Assembly (NCBI GenBank): GCA_951406725.2 | Contig: OX597822.1 | Span: forward strand, 117,800,001 to 117,864,000 | Reading direction: 5' to 3' | Origin: Octopus vulgaris | Taxonomy: Eukaryota | Length of the DNA stretch: 64,000 nt | Shown here: one piece after another, positions 14,053-28,232 of the stretch | Layout: each line of letters begins with the position of its first letter | Numbering within the stretch: the first letter of the stretch is position 1 | Notes under the pieces: generated by a model | What the model was told of the DNA's origin: nothing | What the model saw: the letters and a program-made list of their open reading frames with translations, nothing else | Database searches by the model: none | Made by a program: the position numbers and the translations under genes

Positions 14053-14643
14053 TTTCTTTGTTTTTTGCAAAATTCTTTCAGTTTTAGTTTCTGAATCCAA
14101 TCTTAAAGGTATCAACTGTTCATTTTCAAATAAATAAATTAATGATTTAATAAAATAAATAATAGAAGTGATGTGGAACGATATTCTTGCTTTCAAGACT
14201 GGTGATTGGTGAACTGAAGCCTATGACGTTTACTCTTAAAGATGTTTATTAGAGAAGCTTGTATTAAATCAACACCGTTTGTACTTTATTACTTTCATAA
14301 TGACGATATCGTGAAGCATGGGAATGAGTCGCCAATGCGTTGGAATATCCGCAAAGAAAGAGCTATGAAAGTGAATGCTAACAAATACAAAAATAATTAA
14401 CTACAAACTACTGGTATATTTTGTTTGTTTTTGTCTTGAGAAAACCACTGACATCAAGTCATTAAGAAGGTCAGCTATCATTGCAGCTATTTTCATAGAA
14501 ATTCCGTTCAATAGGAGTTGGATTAGAAAATTTGCTTCAAAACATGGCGAGGAAAGACATAAGCAACTGCATCGTGAAGTTGTCTCGAGAACGGCGTGAA
14601 AGATTTTTTAAAAATAGTTTCGGCACACACACGCTCACACACG

Positions 14644-14778
<135 letters not shown>

Positions 14779-14827
14779 GCACACACTCAAACAGACACGT
14801 ATATATATATATGTATGTATATATATG

Positions 14828-14872
<45 letters not shown>

Positions 14873-14965
14873 TATATGATTTTTGATTTTGATTTTTCCA
14901 GTTTCAGTTAATGAGCTGTGGCCATGCTGGGGCACCGCCATTTGTATATGTATATAAATAAATAA

Positions 14966-15059
<94 letters not shown>

Positions 15060-15073
15060 TATATATATATATA

Positions 15074-15505
15074 TACGAGGGCTGATCATTAAATATCCCG
15101 CCTGTTGCCATAGTAACGGAGCTAAAGCACGGAGAGTAAATCCACTTGGCACAGATCAACCTTGAACTTTGCTGTGCATGCGCACTAAGTTTTAACATTC
15201 TAGCTTACTTCCGCTGAATGAAGGAGTGTAGCGTGTGACCATCGCATTGACCACAACAGAGAAAGTTGTCATGTCGATACCTGCTCAGAGGCCTACGCAA
15301 AGTTGCAGAAAGTGTATGGAGAGGAGTGTATGAGCCGCACACCAGTGTAAGAGTGGTTCAGACGTTTCCAAGATGGACGAAAAAATGTCGATATTGACAA
15401 AAATGTTTGGGAAACCCGCGACCAACAGGACTGAGAAAAACATTGCATGTGTACGTGCAGCTGTGAGGGGAAATCATCGACTCACCATCCGTGACTCACC
15501 ATCCG
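15074..15505 (+). mobile_element. Mariner transposon 5' fragment (TIR plus N-terminal HTH), pseudogenised
   Basis: Starts TA-CGAGGGCTGATC inside (TA)n. Encodes SEAYAKLQKVYGEECMSRTPV*EWFRRFQDGR...GKPATNRTEKNIACVRAAVRGNHRLTIR. Confidence 0.85.
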
Positions 15506-15639
15506 CAATGATAGCCGACCTTCTTATGTCAGTGGTTTCCTCAATATATATATATTCATTCTTTTATACGTTTTTATACCTTTAGACGTTTCAGCTCAAA
15601 AGGCTTTGGCCATGCTGGGGCACTGCCAGTGTAATCAAC

Positions 15640-15990
15640 TTTTCAATGGCCGTTCTTATGCGATTGCCTTTTCGTGAAAAAGGGAGTTCGATATTGTCGC
15701 CCTCTTTTTAGTTCCTTGCCGAGAAGGAAGACGATGTGGGTTCGTCTGGGACCTTGGACAGCAGAAGATCAAGTTGTTTCTTGAAAACATCTACCCCTAC
15801 TCAATGAAGGTCTCTCATATTTTAGCAAAGCATCAAATAGCTGTGGTCCTCTCTCTAGATGCCTTTAATGTGAAGTATTGCTTTTATAAAAGAGTTTATT
15901 AAAATTGTTGGTCACCGTGCCTCTCTGTTTCCATTGAATTATGTATCAGGAGGTGTTGTCTGCAATAAATAGGTTTTAAAGTTCCAAAAT
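15640..15990 (-). mobile_element. CR1/L2-group LINE ORF2 C-terminal remnant
   Basis: Minus strand encodes RGPQLFDAL...RDLH*VGVDVFKKQLDLLLSKVPDEPT, the typical 'LFN.LP...FK..LD.FL..VPDEP' end of ORF2. Confidence 0.7.
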
Positions 15991-16139
15991 TTTGCAATGG
16001 TTTATTAATCTCTATATAATAACAGCCCGTATAAAAGTTGTTTAGTTGACTGGCTTCCTGAACCACGCTTTATACCATAAAGAGAGAGAGAGACAGACAG
16101 ACAGACAGAGGAAAAGTAGATTCCAAGAGAGTTAACATA

Positions 16140-16670
16140 AAGAGGAGTAGGATGAATATACATGGGGGGAAGAGAGAAAGGAAGGGGAGGAAGAGGGGAG
16201 GAGAGGAAGAGAAGGATGTGTAACAGGGGGAAAGGAGGAAGTGGAACAGGGGCGATGAGAAAGGAAGAGGAAGGAGAGGAAGAGTTGGAGGAAGTTAAAC
16301 AAGAAGAAAAGAGGAAGAGGAGGAGGAGGAAGAAGTGGAGGTGGAGGGATGATGATGAGGAGGTGGGGGAGGAAGCGAAAGAGGGGAGAGGGTGGAGTGG
16401 GCGGAAGAGAAAGAGGTGGAGGAAGGGTAGGTGGAGGAAGCGAAAGAGTAAAAGGAGGAGGAAGGAGAAGGGCAAGAAGAAGAGGGAAGAACAAGAGGAG
16501 CAGGAGAGAAGAAAAAGAAGAAGAAGAAGAAAAGAGGAGGAAGAGGCGGAGGAAGATGGGAGGAGAGGGAGGAGGAGGAGGAAGAATCGGGGGAGGAAGA
16601 GGTGGAGAAAGAGGAAGAGGGGAGGAGGAAGAAAAAGAAGAAGAAGAAGGAGGAGGAGGAGGAGGAGATG
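16140..16670. repeat. Polypurine (GA-rich) low-complexity tract
   Basis: Almost pure A/G on the plus strand, with GAG/GAA runs. Confidence 0.95.
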
Positions 16671-17339
16671 AGTGTGAAGTAAATGATAAAGTAGTGATGG
16701 GACGAATTATACACCTGAGAAATAAGAAGTTGAGCTCTGCAGACAAAATACAACAGGGACTGACACTAAATACTTTGGCAAAACCTAAACTATAATTATT
16801 GTATGTATGTCATATTTTCTGATATTACACATCGTGGCTGAAGTATACTTTGCACAAAACCCATCTTGTGACGGGGAAAACTCTAGTGTATAATAATGTT
16901 CGATGGATGTGGTGAAGCTCTCGATCAATTTGATGAGTGTTTCAGTGTTTTAATCAAATCAGACTATTTTTAGACATGAAATACATGGAGATTTTCTCAG
17001 TTAAATGAATCTTCTTGGCTCACTAAGCTTGAATTCTCCACAGATTTTTTCATTCATTGTTTTTGAATGAAATAATGAAATGAATATTAAATTTCAAGCC
17101 TTCTGACTACCTATTGAAATCGGTGTTTGGTTTGATTAAGTATTTTGAAAGTAACTCGATATATTTCAACATGAAATAAAAATGTAAAATTTGCAATTAA
17201 TTCCCAAGTCCTAAGGAATTGTTTTGATAATGTCATTTGTATGAATATTGACTAAAATCCATAAAAAATTAATAGAAATTGTAATGATAAGAGCTGGACA
17301 ATGTTCTAGATTTTGAAGAATAATGCAGATGTGAAAATA

Positions 17340-17650
17340 TCTTGATCAAACAGATTTCATGGATCTGAAAGCTGGTACGTTTCAGTAATTTGATTTAAGA
17401 GTTATGGAGGTTTTGTTAGTCGACTTCGGATCTAATTCTGTAGAAAGCAAAAATTCGTTTGTGTTTGAAGTGATGGAAACCAAACTGCACCTAAACATAA
17501 TAATAATCGAAGAAACATTCAGATTGTCAAGCTTCAAAATTTGGAATTGTATTCCATAGCATTTTGGTGCTCTCAAAATGGCCCCGACTGCAAAAGCACC
17601 CCAAATCATTTCCTCATCAATGTCTTCATGTAAAATATTATTCTCAGCAC
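17340..17650 (-). mobile_element. Possible highly decayed Tc1-family transposase fragment
   Basis: MIWGAFAVG resembles Tc1 'VMVWGAFS..G'. SITSNTNEFL resembles 'SIH.S..TKEFL'. Short matches only. Confidence 0.35.
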
Positions 17651-17800
17651 CAAGTAATATAAAACCAACAATAACAAAAGAATTGGCGATGACTTAAATA
17701 CTGCCTGCATAACATTAAGATCTCTGCGCTTTCACTCTTCCATAAAGTAGTTTCCGTACCAAACACAACGGTAAAAACGTCGTTTATTCTAAGGTTATTT

Positions 17801-18270
17801 TACATACATACATACATACACACACACATACATACATACATACATACATGCATGCATATATACATACATACATACATACAACATACATACATACATACAT
17901 ACATACATACATACATACATACATACATACATACATACATACATGCATGCATGCATATATACATACATACATGCATACATACATACATACACACATACAT
18001 ACATACATACTTACATACATACATACATACATACATACACACATACATACATACATACATACATACATACATACATACATACATACATACATACATACAT
18101 ACACATAATACATACATACATACAAACATACATACATACATACACACACATAATACATACATACATACATACATACATACAAACATACATACATACATAC
18201 ACACACATAATACATACATACATGCATACATACATACATACATACATACATACATACATACATACATACA

Positions 18271-18300
<30 letters not shown>
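17801..18300. repeat. (TACA)n compound microsatellite; a second array lies at 19605-19870
   Basis: Directly visible. Confidence 0.98.
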
Positions 18301-18303
<3 letters not shown>

Positions 18304-18669
18304 GATGGCTGAAACCCGATTTCGAACAATAGCATCTCTTGATTGTTCTCTTAAGCACGGATAGCCAGGATCAACTCGCTTTTCAGTCTTGCAAGGAATT
18401 TAGATATAAAAACGATAGGCATTTCCCGCCGTCGGTGTTTACAGAGCTATCCAAACTAACACATGCTTTCTTTTCATCATGGAATTTTTCATCGAGTGTT
18501 TTGTCTTTCTTGGCTACGGTCAGCCATAGCATGCAACATAAAACAAAGGTATTAGGAATCAAGCGATGCGTATACTTTAAGATTTTTAAAGTGAGAAAAA
18601 GCAGGTCGATCCCACTTTCTGAGCAACACATGCACTTACCCAAACAGAAGAACTAGTCAAAAATCATTG

Positions 18670-18930
18670 GATACAAAGTCGTAGGTGTTACATCAAAGTT
18701 TTCCTTTTCCTAGAGAGATATCAACACAAAGACTAGGGCTCTCTGACCCCTAGTAACCGGATGGTCATTGACTCAACAAAGTTCGTTCACCCTTTGATAG
18801 ATTTCGTTGGACACCCCTATAGGGGTGTCCAACGAAAACGAGCGTCTCTACCAAGCAGGCTTGGTAGGGTTGCAGATGTAGTCACCGTCTACCTGATCAT
18901 GCGACAGATTGTAATGGGATACATGCTACC
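18670..18930 (-). mobile_element. RTE-leader-like dispersed element containing a perfect 36-bp palindrome
   Basis: Reverse complement aligns with 32323-32600 (ttggacaccc; aagggtgaacgaactttgttgagtcaatgaccatcc; ctaggaaaaggaaaact). Confidence 0.55.
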
Positions 18931-18945
18931 AGTAGCACTATGAGT

Positions 18946-18988
<43 letters not shown>

Positions 18989-19670
18989 TATGTATATATA
19001 TATATGTGCATATCCATGCAGATACATTTACATATTCCTATGCTTACATGTACACATCCAAAACAAGGTCAGTAATTTTGGGGGAGGGAATGAGTCGATT
19101 ACATCAGCCCCAAGAGCTTTTACCAAACGCCCATTTAGTTAACTCGCCTTACGTACGCTTCATTAACAAGGTGATTGTTATTTACATAATGAAGACATAT
19201 TGTCAAATCATCAGAGATATGTAACTTATTTCCTTTTTAGAGTTCTCCAACTCGATTGTTATCACCCACGACTAAATGACAATTATCTGCCAACAAAGTG
19301 GTTAATTCTACATCACCCTCCATCTTGTAATTATTCACACACACACACACTCACACACATGCACACATACACACACACACACTGTCGTGCACTGTTGCTG
19401 TCGACGATCCAAGGCTTGGTTTATTAATCGTTTAGACAGTACTATTTTGTCTTGATTCTCTAGTAACCCCACTGATCAGGGTAAGTTAATGTACGTGACA
19501 GTTTATTCACCGACGAACCGACCATAAAACCGGTTGTATTGGGTTGCATGTCATCAGAAATGCCCGTGAGTGACTTGACATGATATATGCATGATATAGA
19601 GTTGCATACACACATACATACATACATACATACATACATACATACATACATACATACATACATACATACA

Positions 19671-19706
<36 letters not shown>

Positions 19707-19783
19707 TACATACATACATACATATATACATACATACATACATACATACATACATACACACACATATATACATACATACATTT

Positions 19784-19814
<31 letters not shown>

Positions 19815-20549
19815 CATACATACATACATACATACATACATACATACATTTATACATACATACATACACATATCCCTTCTCAAATTCAGAGATTGTTCAG
19901 TGAATAAAGACTAACAGACAGACTGAGGCGCACAGGCACAGATGCAAACAGTTCCACAGACATGTAGAAACATGCATATATAAACGTCCCCAGTCAAACT
20001 CGCATACATTCACACACGGCGACTCACGCACATACAATATATAATTTTCCTTATTGGCCGCATTTCCCATCTGGTAATCTTCCAGGTGCTTACTAGAAGC
20101 TTACAAAATGGTTCTTTTCATAAAACATGCTATCTACATCTGGAAATATAATGTATGCCCGGCTACGGTCTGCACATGACCAAGGACTGCAACTAAGTTA
20201 AAGAGACAAACTGCTGAAAAATGTATCTGAAACGACGAGAACCTTGTTCACAATAACAGTACAGAAGAGACGGAGTCCAATTACTTTATCCACAAGGTTA
20301 TTGTATTTTTAAAAAATAATCGAACTCGGAGTTTCGGAAATATTAGTTGGTCACGGACGTATTTAAACTCAGACTGTAGAAACATAAACTAAATACTGCT
20401 CTTTGCTGGCTTAATTATACCTGGACAGAAGAGAGATCTGTATTCATATGACAAACAGGTGTTACAAGAAACTGAGATGTTCAGGCTGTTTATTCAGCCA
20501 CTGTAAACTTATATAGACCCAATCGGGATTTCGTTTGCACCTTTAGCAG

Positions 20550-20581
<32 letters not shown>

Positions 20582-21153
20582 GGGGGGGAGAGAACTAGAC
20601 AGGCAGACTGAAAGAGAGATAGAGAGAAAGGAAGACAAACGAACAGATAGATAGTGGGGAGAGAGAGAGAGAGAGAGAGAATCATGCAGACAATAAAGAG
20701 ATAGGTATATAGGCAATATAGATTAATACAAACAATATTAACATCCAGACACTATGTAAACTCACAGATAAGTGTACTGTAAGATAAAACAAAAATAATG
20801 TGCTCTGTGGACTCAGGCATACATATGATATCGATCCAGACATACACAATACAGACTTAGATACACACCACACACAAACGGTATTGACCGTCATACACAA
20901 CAGATACAGACTCAGTTACACCACAATACAGAGTCAGACACACACAATACAGATTTAGGTCTATAAATATACACAGCGACACAAACACTCAGTCAATCAT
21001 ACAATGTTGAGTCATTCACACATAATATAGACACACATACACGGGCACACTATTGACTTCTGGCCATGGGCACAGAGCTTCACTGTGTCTTTTAGATGCT
21101 CTCTTCGAAAGTGGCGACTGCTTGGTGCTCTGGACAAGTGTCTTCTATTGTGG

Positions 21154-22092
21154 CCGGGCTGCGAAATTTTTTTCCCACGAGAGTTCCGCACCCCAGTAAT
21201 GAACTCATTTGCCTACAGCCAATCAGAGCTCACCTTCACCTGGTTGTCATGTTAACAATCACACTCTACCAAGGAAACTCAAGACGAAGAACGATGTTGT
21301 AAGTCGACCGATCGCCAAGTTTTGCCTGATTTTAAGAGACAAGTAATTAGATTTGCATCTATAGCTATTAACGAATTTTTTAGGGTCCCATATGGTAAAA
21401 CCGTGGATGGGGAAAATGCTGGTAGAGGGTGGTGTGCTAGCAGCCCTCTCCCCTTAATGCTTTACAAAGTAAACAACAATGAGGAAGCATTCCGTCGGTT
21501 ACGACGACGAGGGTTCCGGTCGATCCGAATCAACGGAACAGCCTGCTCGTGAAATTAACGTGTAAGTGGCTGAGCACTCCACAGACACGTGTACCCTTAA
21601 CGTAGTTCTCGGGGATATTCAGCGTGACACAGAGAGTGACAAGGCCGGCCCCTTGAAATACAGGTACAACAGAAACAGGAAGTAAGAGTGAGAGAAAGTT
21701 GTGGTGAAAGAGTACAGCAGGAATCACCACCATCCCCTGCCGGAGCCTCGTGGAGCTTTAGGTGTTTTCGCTCAATAAACACTCACAACGCCCGGTCTGG
21801 GAATCGAAACCGCGAGTCCGCTGCCCTAACCACTGGGCCATTGCGCCTCCACTAAACAACAATACAAATAATTACGCAGAGGCAACCATGGTTGAAACAA
21901 GAACAAGAACAACAAGCATTCTTAAAAGAGAAAAGAAGCGTGGTCCTTCCTTACGCAAGCGGCCTTATCTTATCGCCCAACACTTGTTATGCGCTCATAA
22001 ATTTGTTTGATAGTTGAACTCTGATTGGCTGTATGCAAATGAGTTCTTAACCGAGGTCTGGATCTCTGTCGGGGAAAATATTCGCGGCCGGG
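21154..22092. mobile_element. MITE-like element with ~80-bp imperfect terminal inverted repeats
   Basis: 21154-21233 is the imperfect reverse complement of 22013-22092. Best block: gaactcatttgcctacagccaatcagagctcacc vs gaactcatttgcatacagccaatcagagttcaac. Confidence 0.75.
21481..21852 (-). mobile_element. tRNA-derived SINE (head A plus tail X) with 11-bp target-site duplication
   Basis: Minus-strand head ggaggcgcaatggcccagtggttaggg (A box) ... gtttcgattccc (B box). TSD taaacaacaat at 21470-21480 and 21853-21863. Confidence 0.92.
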
Positions 22093-23024
22093 TTTATAAC
22101 GAAATCTTCGTGAGTGGAATTTTGTAGACGGAAACTTTGTGGCCCTATTTTGGTGGAATAGACTTTATCCATCGACAATCTAGCACTAATTCCCGGGTTG
22201 CTCTAGACTCTAGAGAAAGAGGAGATCATTTCATCACTTTCTCCCTGCTAGCAACCTCTGGGCTCTTAGAGACAGTTATGGGCGCCGAACTTCTTTTGTG
22301 CTGTTTATATCACATAAATTTAGCATAAGATCACTTAGACGCTCATGCGCGTATTGATGTATTGCGTGTGCGTATTGTAAATTATCGGAGTCAGTAAGGG
22401 ACTGGTACAATTTGTTTTTATTGATTCCAGAAGGATAAAAGACTAAGTCGACCTGAGAACAGCAAAGGTCATTACCAAATATCGCAAGTTTCTTTGTTCG
22501 TTACATTTCTGTTTCTTTCAATCTGCCACCCTTAAAAACTTAATACGTTCATGAAATAAACACACGGTTATCAAATATACGAACAAAATCACTGATTGAA
22601 CCCCTAAATATTTTCATTGTTTTCATTAATTCATTACACTACAGTAAATTACACACACTCATTAGAATAGCGTTAGAACTCAGAATCTAAATCAATACAT
22701 CAAATATATATAATATTCGAATGACACTTTAATTCTGGAAAAATTTAATCATATGGAGCTTTGTGCGTGAAGTGCTGTTAGTCTAAGTAAGAAAGAAGAA
22801 TAATTGTCTTCTTGTTACGGCGGGAATTGGATGTGGGTGAGAGAATTAAAAAAATTATGTTTAAATCTAGATTTGGATTTGATATGGAAAGACGAAGATG
22901 TGCATTACAAGCATGTGGTTAGATAGATTATGCACCAAATCCCAGTGCTATAAAGGTGATCTATATGAGTTGTGGGGAAGATTATATCTTGCTTAAGAGA
23001 ATAAAATATTTAAACAAATAGAGC

Positions 23025-23210
23025 TTTCAAAATTTTGCCACAAAGCCAGCAACTTAGGGAGAGGAGGCTAGTCGATTACATCGACCCCAGTGTTCAAAAG
23101 ATGAAAAGTAAAATCGACGTTGGCGGAATTTGAGCTCAGAACGTAAAGACGGACGAAATGCCGCTAAGCATTTGGTCTGGCGGGGTAACGATTCTGCCAG
23201 TTCGCCGTCT
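23025..23210 (-). mobile_element. Family M SINE, internally deleted
   Basis: Matches the reverse complement of the 30889 head (ctgccag(c/t)tcgcc) and the alternative tail. Confidence 0.8.
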
Positions 23211-23539
23211 TTTTTTTTATTTAAACAAATAATATGAAATGAAAGAGGTTCTTTCGTTGATTGATTCTTGTCACAGTTATTGGTTCACCACCCAATTAAC
23301 AAGAGTTTCTTTTCGTGCCCACTAAAGTCTTCGATGTCGAAGGCAACACAGGAGAAAAATACCAACTGAGTTAAGAATGACGAAATTTACAAAATCAATA
23401 AATAATAATCAAAGCAAAGATATCCAAATCTGGAGACCACCCCTTAGGTTAATTCAGAGCATCCTACACTAAAGCCTCGATTTACTCTGATATAGAAAAC
23501 CAAATGCTCTCTCTCTCCCTCAGTTCTTGCTACCTGCTA

Positions 23540-26390
23540 ATAAAAGCATAATAGCCAGAATAAACCATTCTGGCCGCTTCCATCAAGCTTTCGTAAATAT
23601 CTTGGACAGCTGCGTTCCCCTCTTTGCCTTTACCACGTCCTTCAAGAAGTACTTGAAGAAAAGTTTGCCTGACCGGAAAAGAAAGTCTCTGTCCTTAGAC
23701 ATTTTTACCGACACCTATCACACTAAATATTTAGCCATAGCCAATAGACGGAGGAAGATGTCCCTCACTTTCTTGCCAGGTTTGATTTTCATATCCGAAT
23801 AGCCGGACTTGTCCCTCACGTGGTGATAGCAACTGTTTGATGTAAACCCACAATTCAGCGTTGTGCAAATACTGAAAGTGTGTACGCAAGGAAGATTTTT
23901 CCATCTTCTAAGCTTCCGAAATAGATTCGGCTGTAGGCGAGTTATGCTCAAACTTTACTCCATATAGAAAATTCCTTACTATTGTATTACCAAGCCAACT
24001 ATTTAAAAAAAATTATCCGTAATTCCAATCAGAGATTTCTCAAGAACTATTCAACCTGCATTCATCGACAGCCAGAACATTGTTTACAGACCATCGTCCT
24101 TTATAACCCTTTATAAAAAGGGAAGTGCTGACGTTCCGCTGCCCGCATTTCCTTCCTGGTATGCTTCCAGGTACTTACTGGAAATGTACTAGATGATATA
24201 TTTCCTCCGACATATTATGATATATTTCCTCCGACATATTATCAATACTTGATACCTGGTAACACAATAGATACCAGACACCTGTCATCGGTCTGCATAT
24301 TATGAAGGAACGCAGCTCAGTTAAAGAGAAAAGCTGCTGAAAAACGTTTCTCAAATTGCAAACAAACTCTTTAATATCGTGTTGTTCAATGGCCGCTGCC
24401 GACGTTAAAGCACCAGCTCATTAGACACAACAATCATAGACTTCTAAAGTAGGCGTTCGCAGTACAAGACATTTGTTACTTCCAACAGAAGTAAAATAGC
24501 ATACCATTCAATATAGTCATATATTTTTGGTATAAGGTACGACGACCATGTCTTAGTATTCCACCAAAGTGATCAAGGGGTAAACCGCATCCACCTGATA
24601 TGTCGCGACCAAATTTTTCTCTACTTATTTGCGGATGAAGCTAATTAATTTAATCACAACCTTCTCGCAATCTTTACTCCCATGGAGATCCAGACTTGTT
24701 CCAACTAATGCACTCTCTACCTGGTAGCGCTCCAGAACGGTGCTGGACACCTCGATTTCTGACGAGTCTCACTCCAAAACAGAAGCATCCCTAGCGTATG
24801 CACGCAGCCGTTTGTGTCGTAGTTCAATCAGAATGTCTCTCAATATCAGCTAACTTTACAGCAATAGCTTCAATATCAAAACATGCTGGAGGGATGAGAT
24901 AGAGTTGATGAGCTGAGTATGCAATAAGAAAAACTTTCAATATTTGCCCATTAAGCTTGATATCCCGTAAAAGTCCACTACACAATATAACATTGTATTA
25001 ATCTGGCCTCTGAAAGCGAAACTGGATTTGTTGTAGGTTTCTTTCCCCTTATTTCTGAACGAGATTGGTCATGCTGTTTTACAATTTCCTTCTAGACATT
25101 ATTCATTTGAGGCTTGAACAAAATAAAATCCCGAGCTCTTTAATCAAACTGTTGGCTCTACTGGTTTACATGGCTTTCCCAGTGTCGATCTGTATGGCAG
25201 TCGATTTGTCTCCGTTAAGGCGAGTTTCCACTTTAACTCCTCCAGTATGTTACCAGCATCTTAGCTTCTGGTGTGCTCGATACCATCACAGTGTCATCAT
25301 CTGCGTGTGCAGACACGGAGCTTTTGGTAATAGTTCGATAGAGATACTCAGCTCAGCATGTTCCACCGCAGCAGTGTCTTTCTTAACTGTCAAAGTATAT
25401 ATGAAATATAAGAGCGGCATCCTTGACGGACCGAGTGCGTAATTCGAAAATGTTCCGATAACTGGCCATTACGTTTGACCATCGAATAAATGCTAATGTA
25501 CATTGTAATAATCTAGGCTCTGAAGACGAGTCTGAAACCAGCTGGGCTTAGTGCAGCAGCCAGTTAGCATTAGTCCATCACTGGTTTAAATTAATCATAG
25601 TATGACCGAAGCCAGACCTAGTCCTGATCTATCACTCTAGATGGTGGTCATCGTGAATATATTTGCGTAGAATCCACAGACTTCAACAACACTACTGACA
25701 ATATGCCTACGTTCTTTGGCGATCACCTTTTCTAAAATCTTTAATTCTGTGCATAGGAGAAAATATCGACCTAAAAAAATTGTTTACTATGTCCCCTTTG
25801 TTTGAGTCCTTTCTCAGCACTTCTCCTTTCAGACAAACGAGATGACTTCAAATCTGTTTCGGTTACAGAAAACATCTGCTAAGACTGCAGTAAACAAACC
25901 TGTAATACGATGCAATAAGTGAACAAACCTGTTACGAATACAATTCGTAGGGCACAGTAAGGAACCACTAGCAATTTACCCTCTTACACAGCAATTGACA
26001 AAACCGCTACTTCAGTTGCTGTAATCGCAAAAATCTGCTGCGATTCGGATATCACGAACTCATTCAAGTCTTCCAAATATAGAAGCATGGCCTTACGGCC
26101 TCGCTGTGTCTCTTCTACCCGAGATCCTTCTACCACCTAACACAAACAACGCACCCACTTCGTTTGGCGCCGATGAAATAGTGAAGGGCCACTTTTGCTG
26201 CAAGCACATCGTAAACGATTCCTTTCCTCTTCGTCTCTTCTTGAAATCGATTGTCTGGCTCCTCCTCCTCCTCCTCCTCCTCCTCCTCCTCCTCCAGGCG
26301 ACTGGTCTGCATTACGACGACATCTTTGCTAAAACTAAAAGCGTCTCCAACCACATGACTACAATCACAAGAAGCGGAACACACGACTGA
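23540..26390 (-). mobile_element. Decayed L1/Tx1-clade LINE ORF2 (linker, RT and C-terminal region), interrupted at about 24000-24400
   Basis: Minus-strand motifs in order: DVLAAKVALHYFIGAKRSGCVV; LRKDSNKGDIVNNF...TELKILEKVIAK; LAAALSPAGFRLVFR; VKRNGQLSEHFRITHSVRQGC; SVSAHADDDTVMV (YADD box); NGDKS; AELWVYIKQLLS...IFLRLLAMAK. Numerous stops and frameshifts. Confidence 0.88.
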
Positions 26391-27286
26391 ATAATATTTA
26401 GAGAATTTGCGTGGTTCTTGTACAGCTGATGGTTATCATGTCGTCTATGATGATGATGATGAGGAAGAGGAGGAAGAGGAGGTGGTGGAGGGTGCTAAAA
26501 GTTGTAGTGATGTTGTAGGGACGACGGTGGCGATGTCTGTAATGTCACCGGTAGCGAAAGTAAAAGCTCTAACGGTGCGGTGGTGGTGGTGGTTGTGGTG
26601 GCGGTAGTGGTCGTGGTAGTGGCGGCGGCGACAGGTGTAATATCGCCGATGGTGGTGATGGTCTTTGCATTGCCGTGGTGGTGATGGTTGTAGTGTTGTA
26701 GTAGTACGGGCACTATTCGAGGTGGTTGTAGTTTTTGTAGTGGTGGTGGTGTTTGTAGAGTTGCAGTAATGGTGGTAGCTATCATGATGGCTTTGGTAGC
26801 CGTTGTAGTATTGTAGTAGTAGACGAATAAGTATTGGTTTTAGTCATGCTTGTAGTGTGGTAGGGGTAGCAGTGGTCGGTGGTGGTGGTAGTTGTGGGAG
26901 GTGATAGTCTCGTTATAGTATTGTCGTTGTGGTTTTGGTTGCAGTGTTGTGATGAAAGTAGCGATACAGGATACCGGCGTGATATTAATGTGGTTGTGAT
27001 TGTGGTGGTGGTGGTGGTGGTGGTGGTGGTGGTGCTGGCGATGGTTGTATTGGTGGTAGTAGGAGTGGTAGCTGAATCGTTGCTGGTAGTAGTAGTGATG
27101 GCTGTTGTGCTGTTGTTATTGTAGTGGTGGTGGTGATGATGATGATGGTAGCGGTAATTTTAAAGGTTGTGATAATTCGGGTGTTGCTGTGGTGGTAGTT
27201 GTCGTGGTGATAATAATTAATGTTAGTAGTAGTAGTTGCAGTAACAGTAGTTGTAACGATGGTATAGCTGTAGTATAGTTATATCT

Positions 27287-27318
<32 letters not shown>

Positions 27319-27599
27319 TGTTGTTGTTGTAGTTGCAGTATAGTAATAGTTATAGTAGCAATAATAGTATTAGTTGTAGTCATAGCAGCAGCAGCAGCAG
27401 CTACACTAGCGAACTTCACAATTTATGGAGAGTTGTAAATAGAAAAGTCTTACGTTACGTTTATATGTATATACATACATATATCTATGTGTGTGTGTGT
27501 GTGTGTATATGTATATATATATATATACATACGTGTATGTATATATATATATGCATACATACATATATACATACATACATACATACATACATATATCTA

Positions 27600-27637
<38 letters not shown>

Positions 27638-28049
27638 CATACGTGTATGTATATATATATATGCATACATACATATATACATACATACATACATATATCT
27701 ATGTGTGCGTGCGTGTGTATATATATATACATATATACATATATACATACGTGTATGTATATATATATATATATATGCATACATACATATATATACATAC
27801 ATACATGCATACATATACACACACGTATATATATATATACGTGTGTATATATATATATATAGGTATATATACGTATATAGTTGTATATATATGTATATAT
27901 ATATCTATATATATACATATATATATGTATATATATGTATATGTATATATATGTATATATATATATATATAAAAATATACACATATATATACATATATAT
28001 ACATATATGTATGTATATATATATATACCTATATGTATATATACATACC

Positions 28050-28111
<62 letters not shown>

Positions 28112-28200
28112 CCTATATGTATATATACATACCTAAATATATATATATATATATATATATAGGTATATAAACGTATACAGGTATACATATATTTATATAC

Positions 28201-28232
<32 letters not shown>

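Noticed and set aside
16005-16795. Overlapping Pro/Ser-rich and Arg/Glu/Gly-rich ORFs
   Set aside because: Products of a polypurine tract; open on both strands with no domain or splice support.
25518-25550. CTGAAGA...GAAA hammerhead-like words
   Set aside because: Lies antisense within LINE RT coding remnants; stem II is not pairable and there is no NUH. Probably chance.
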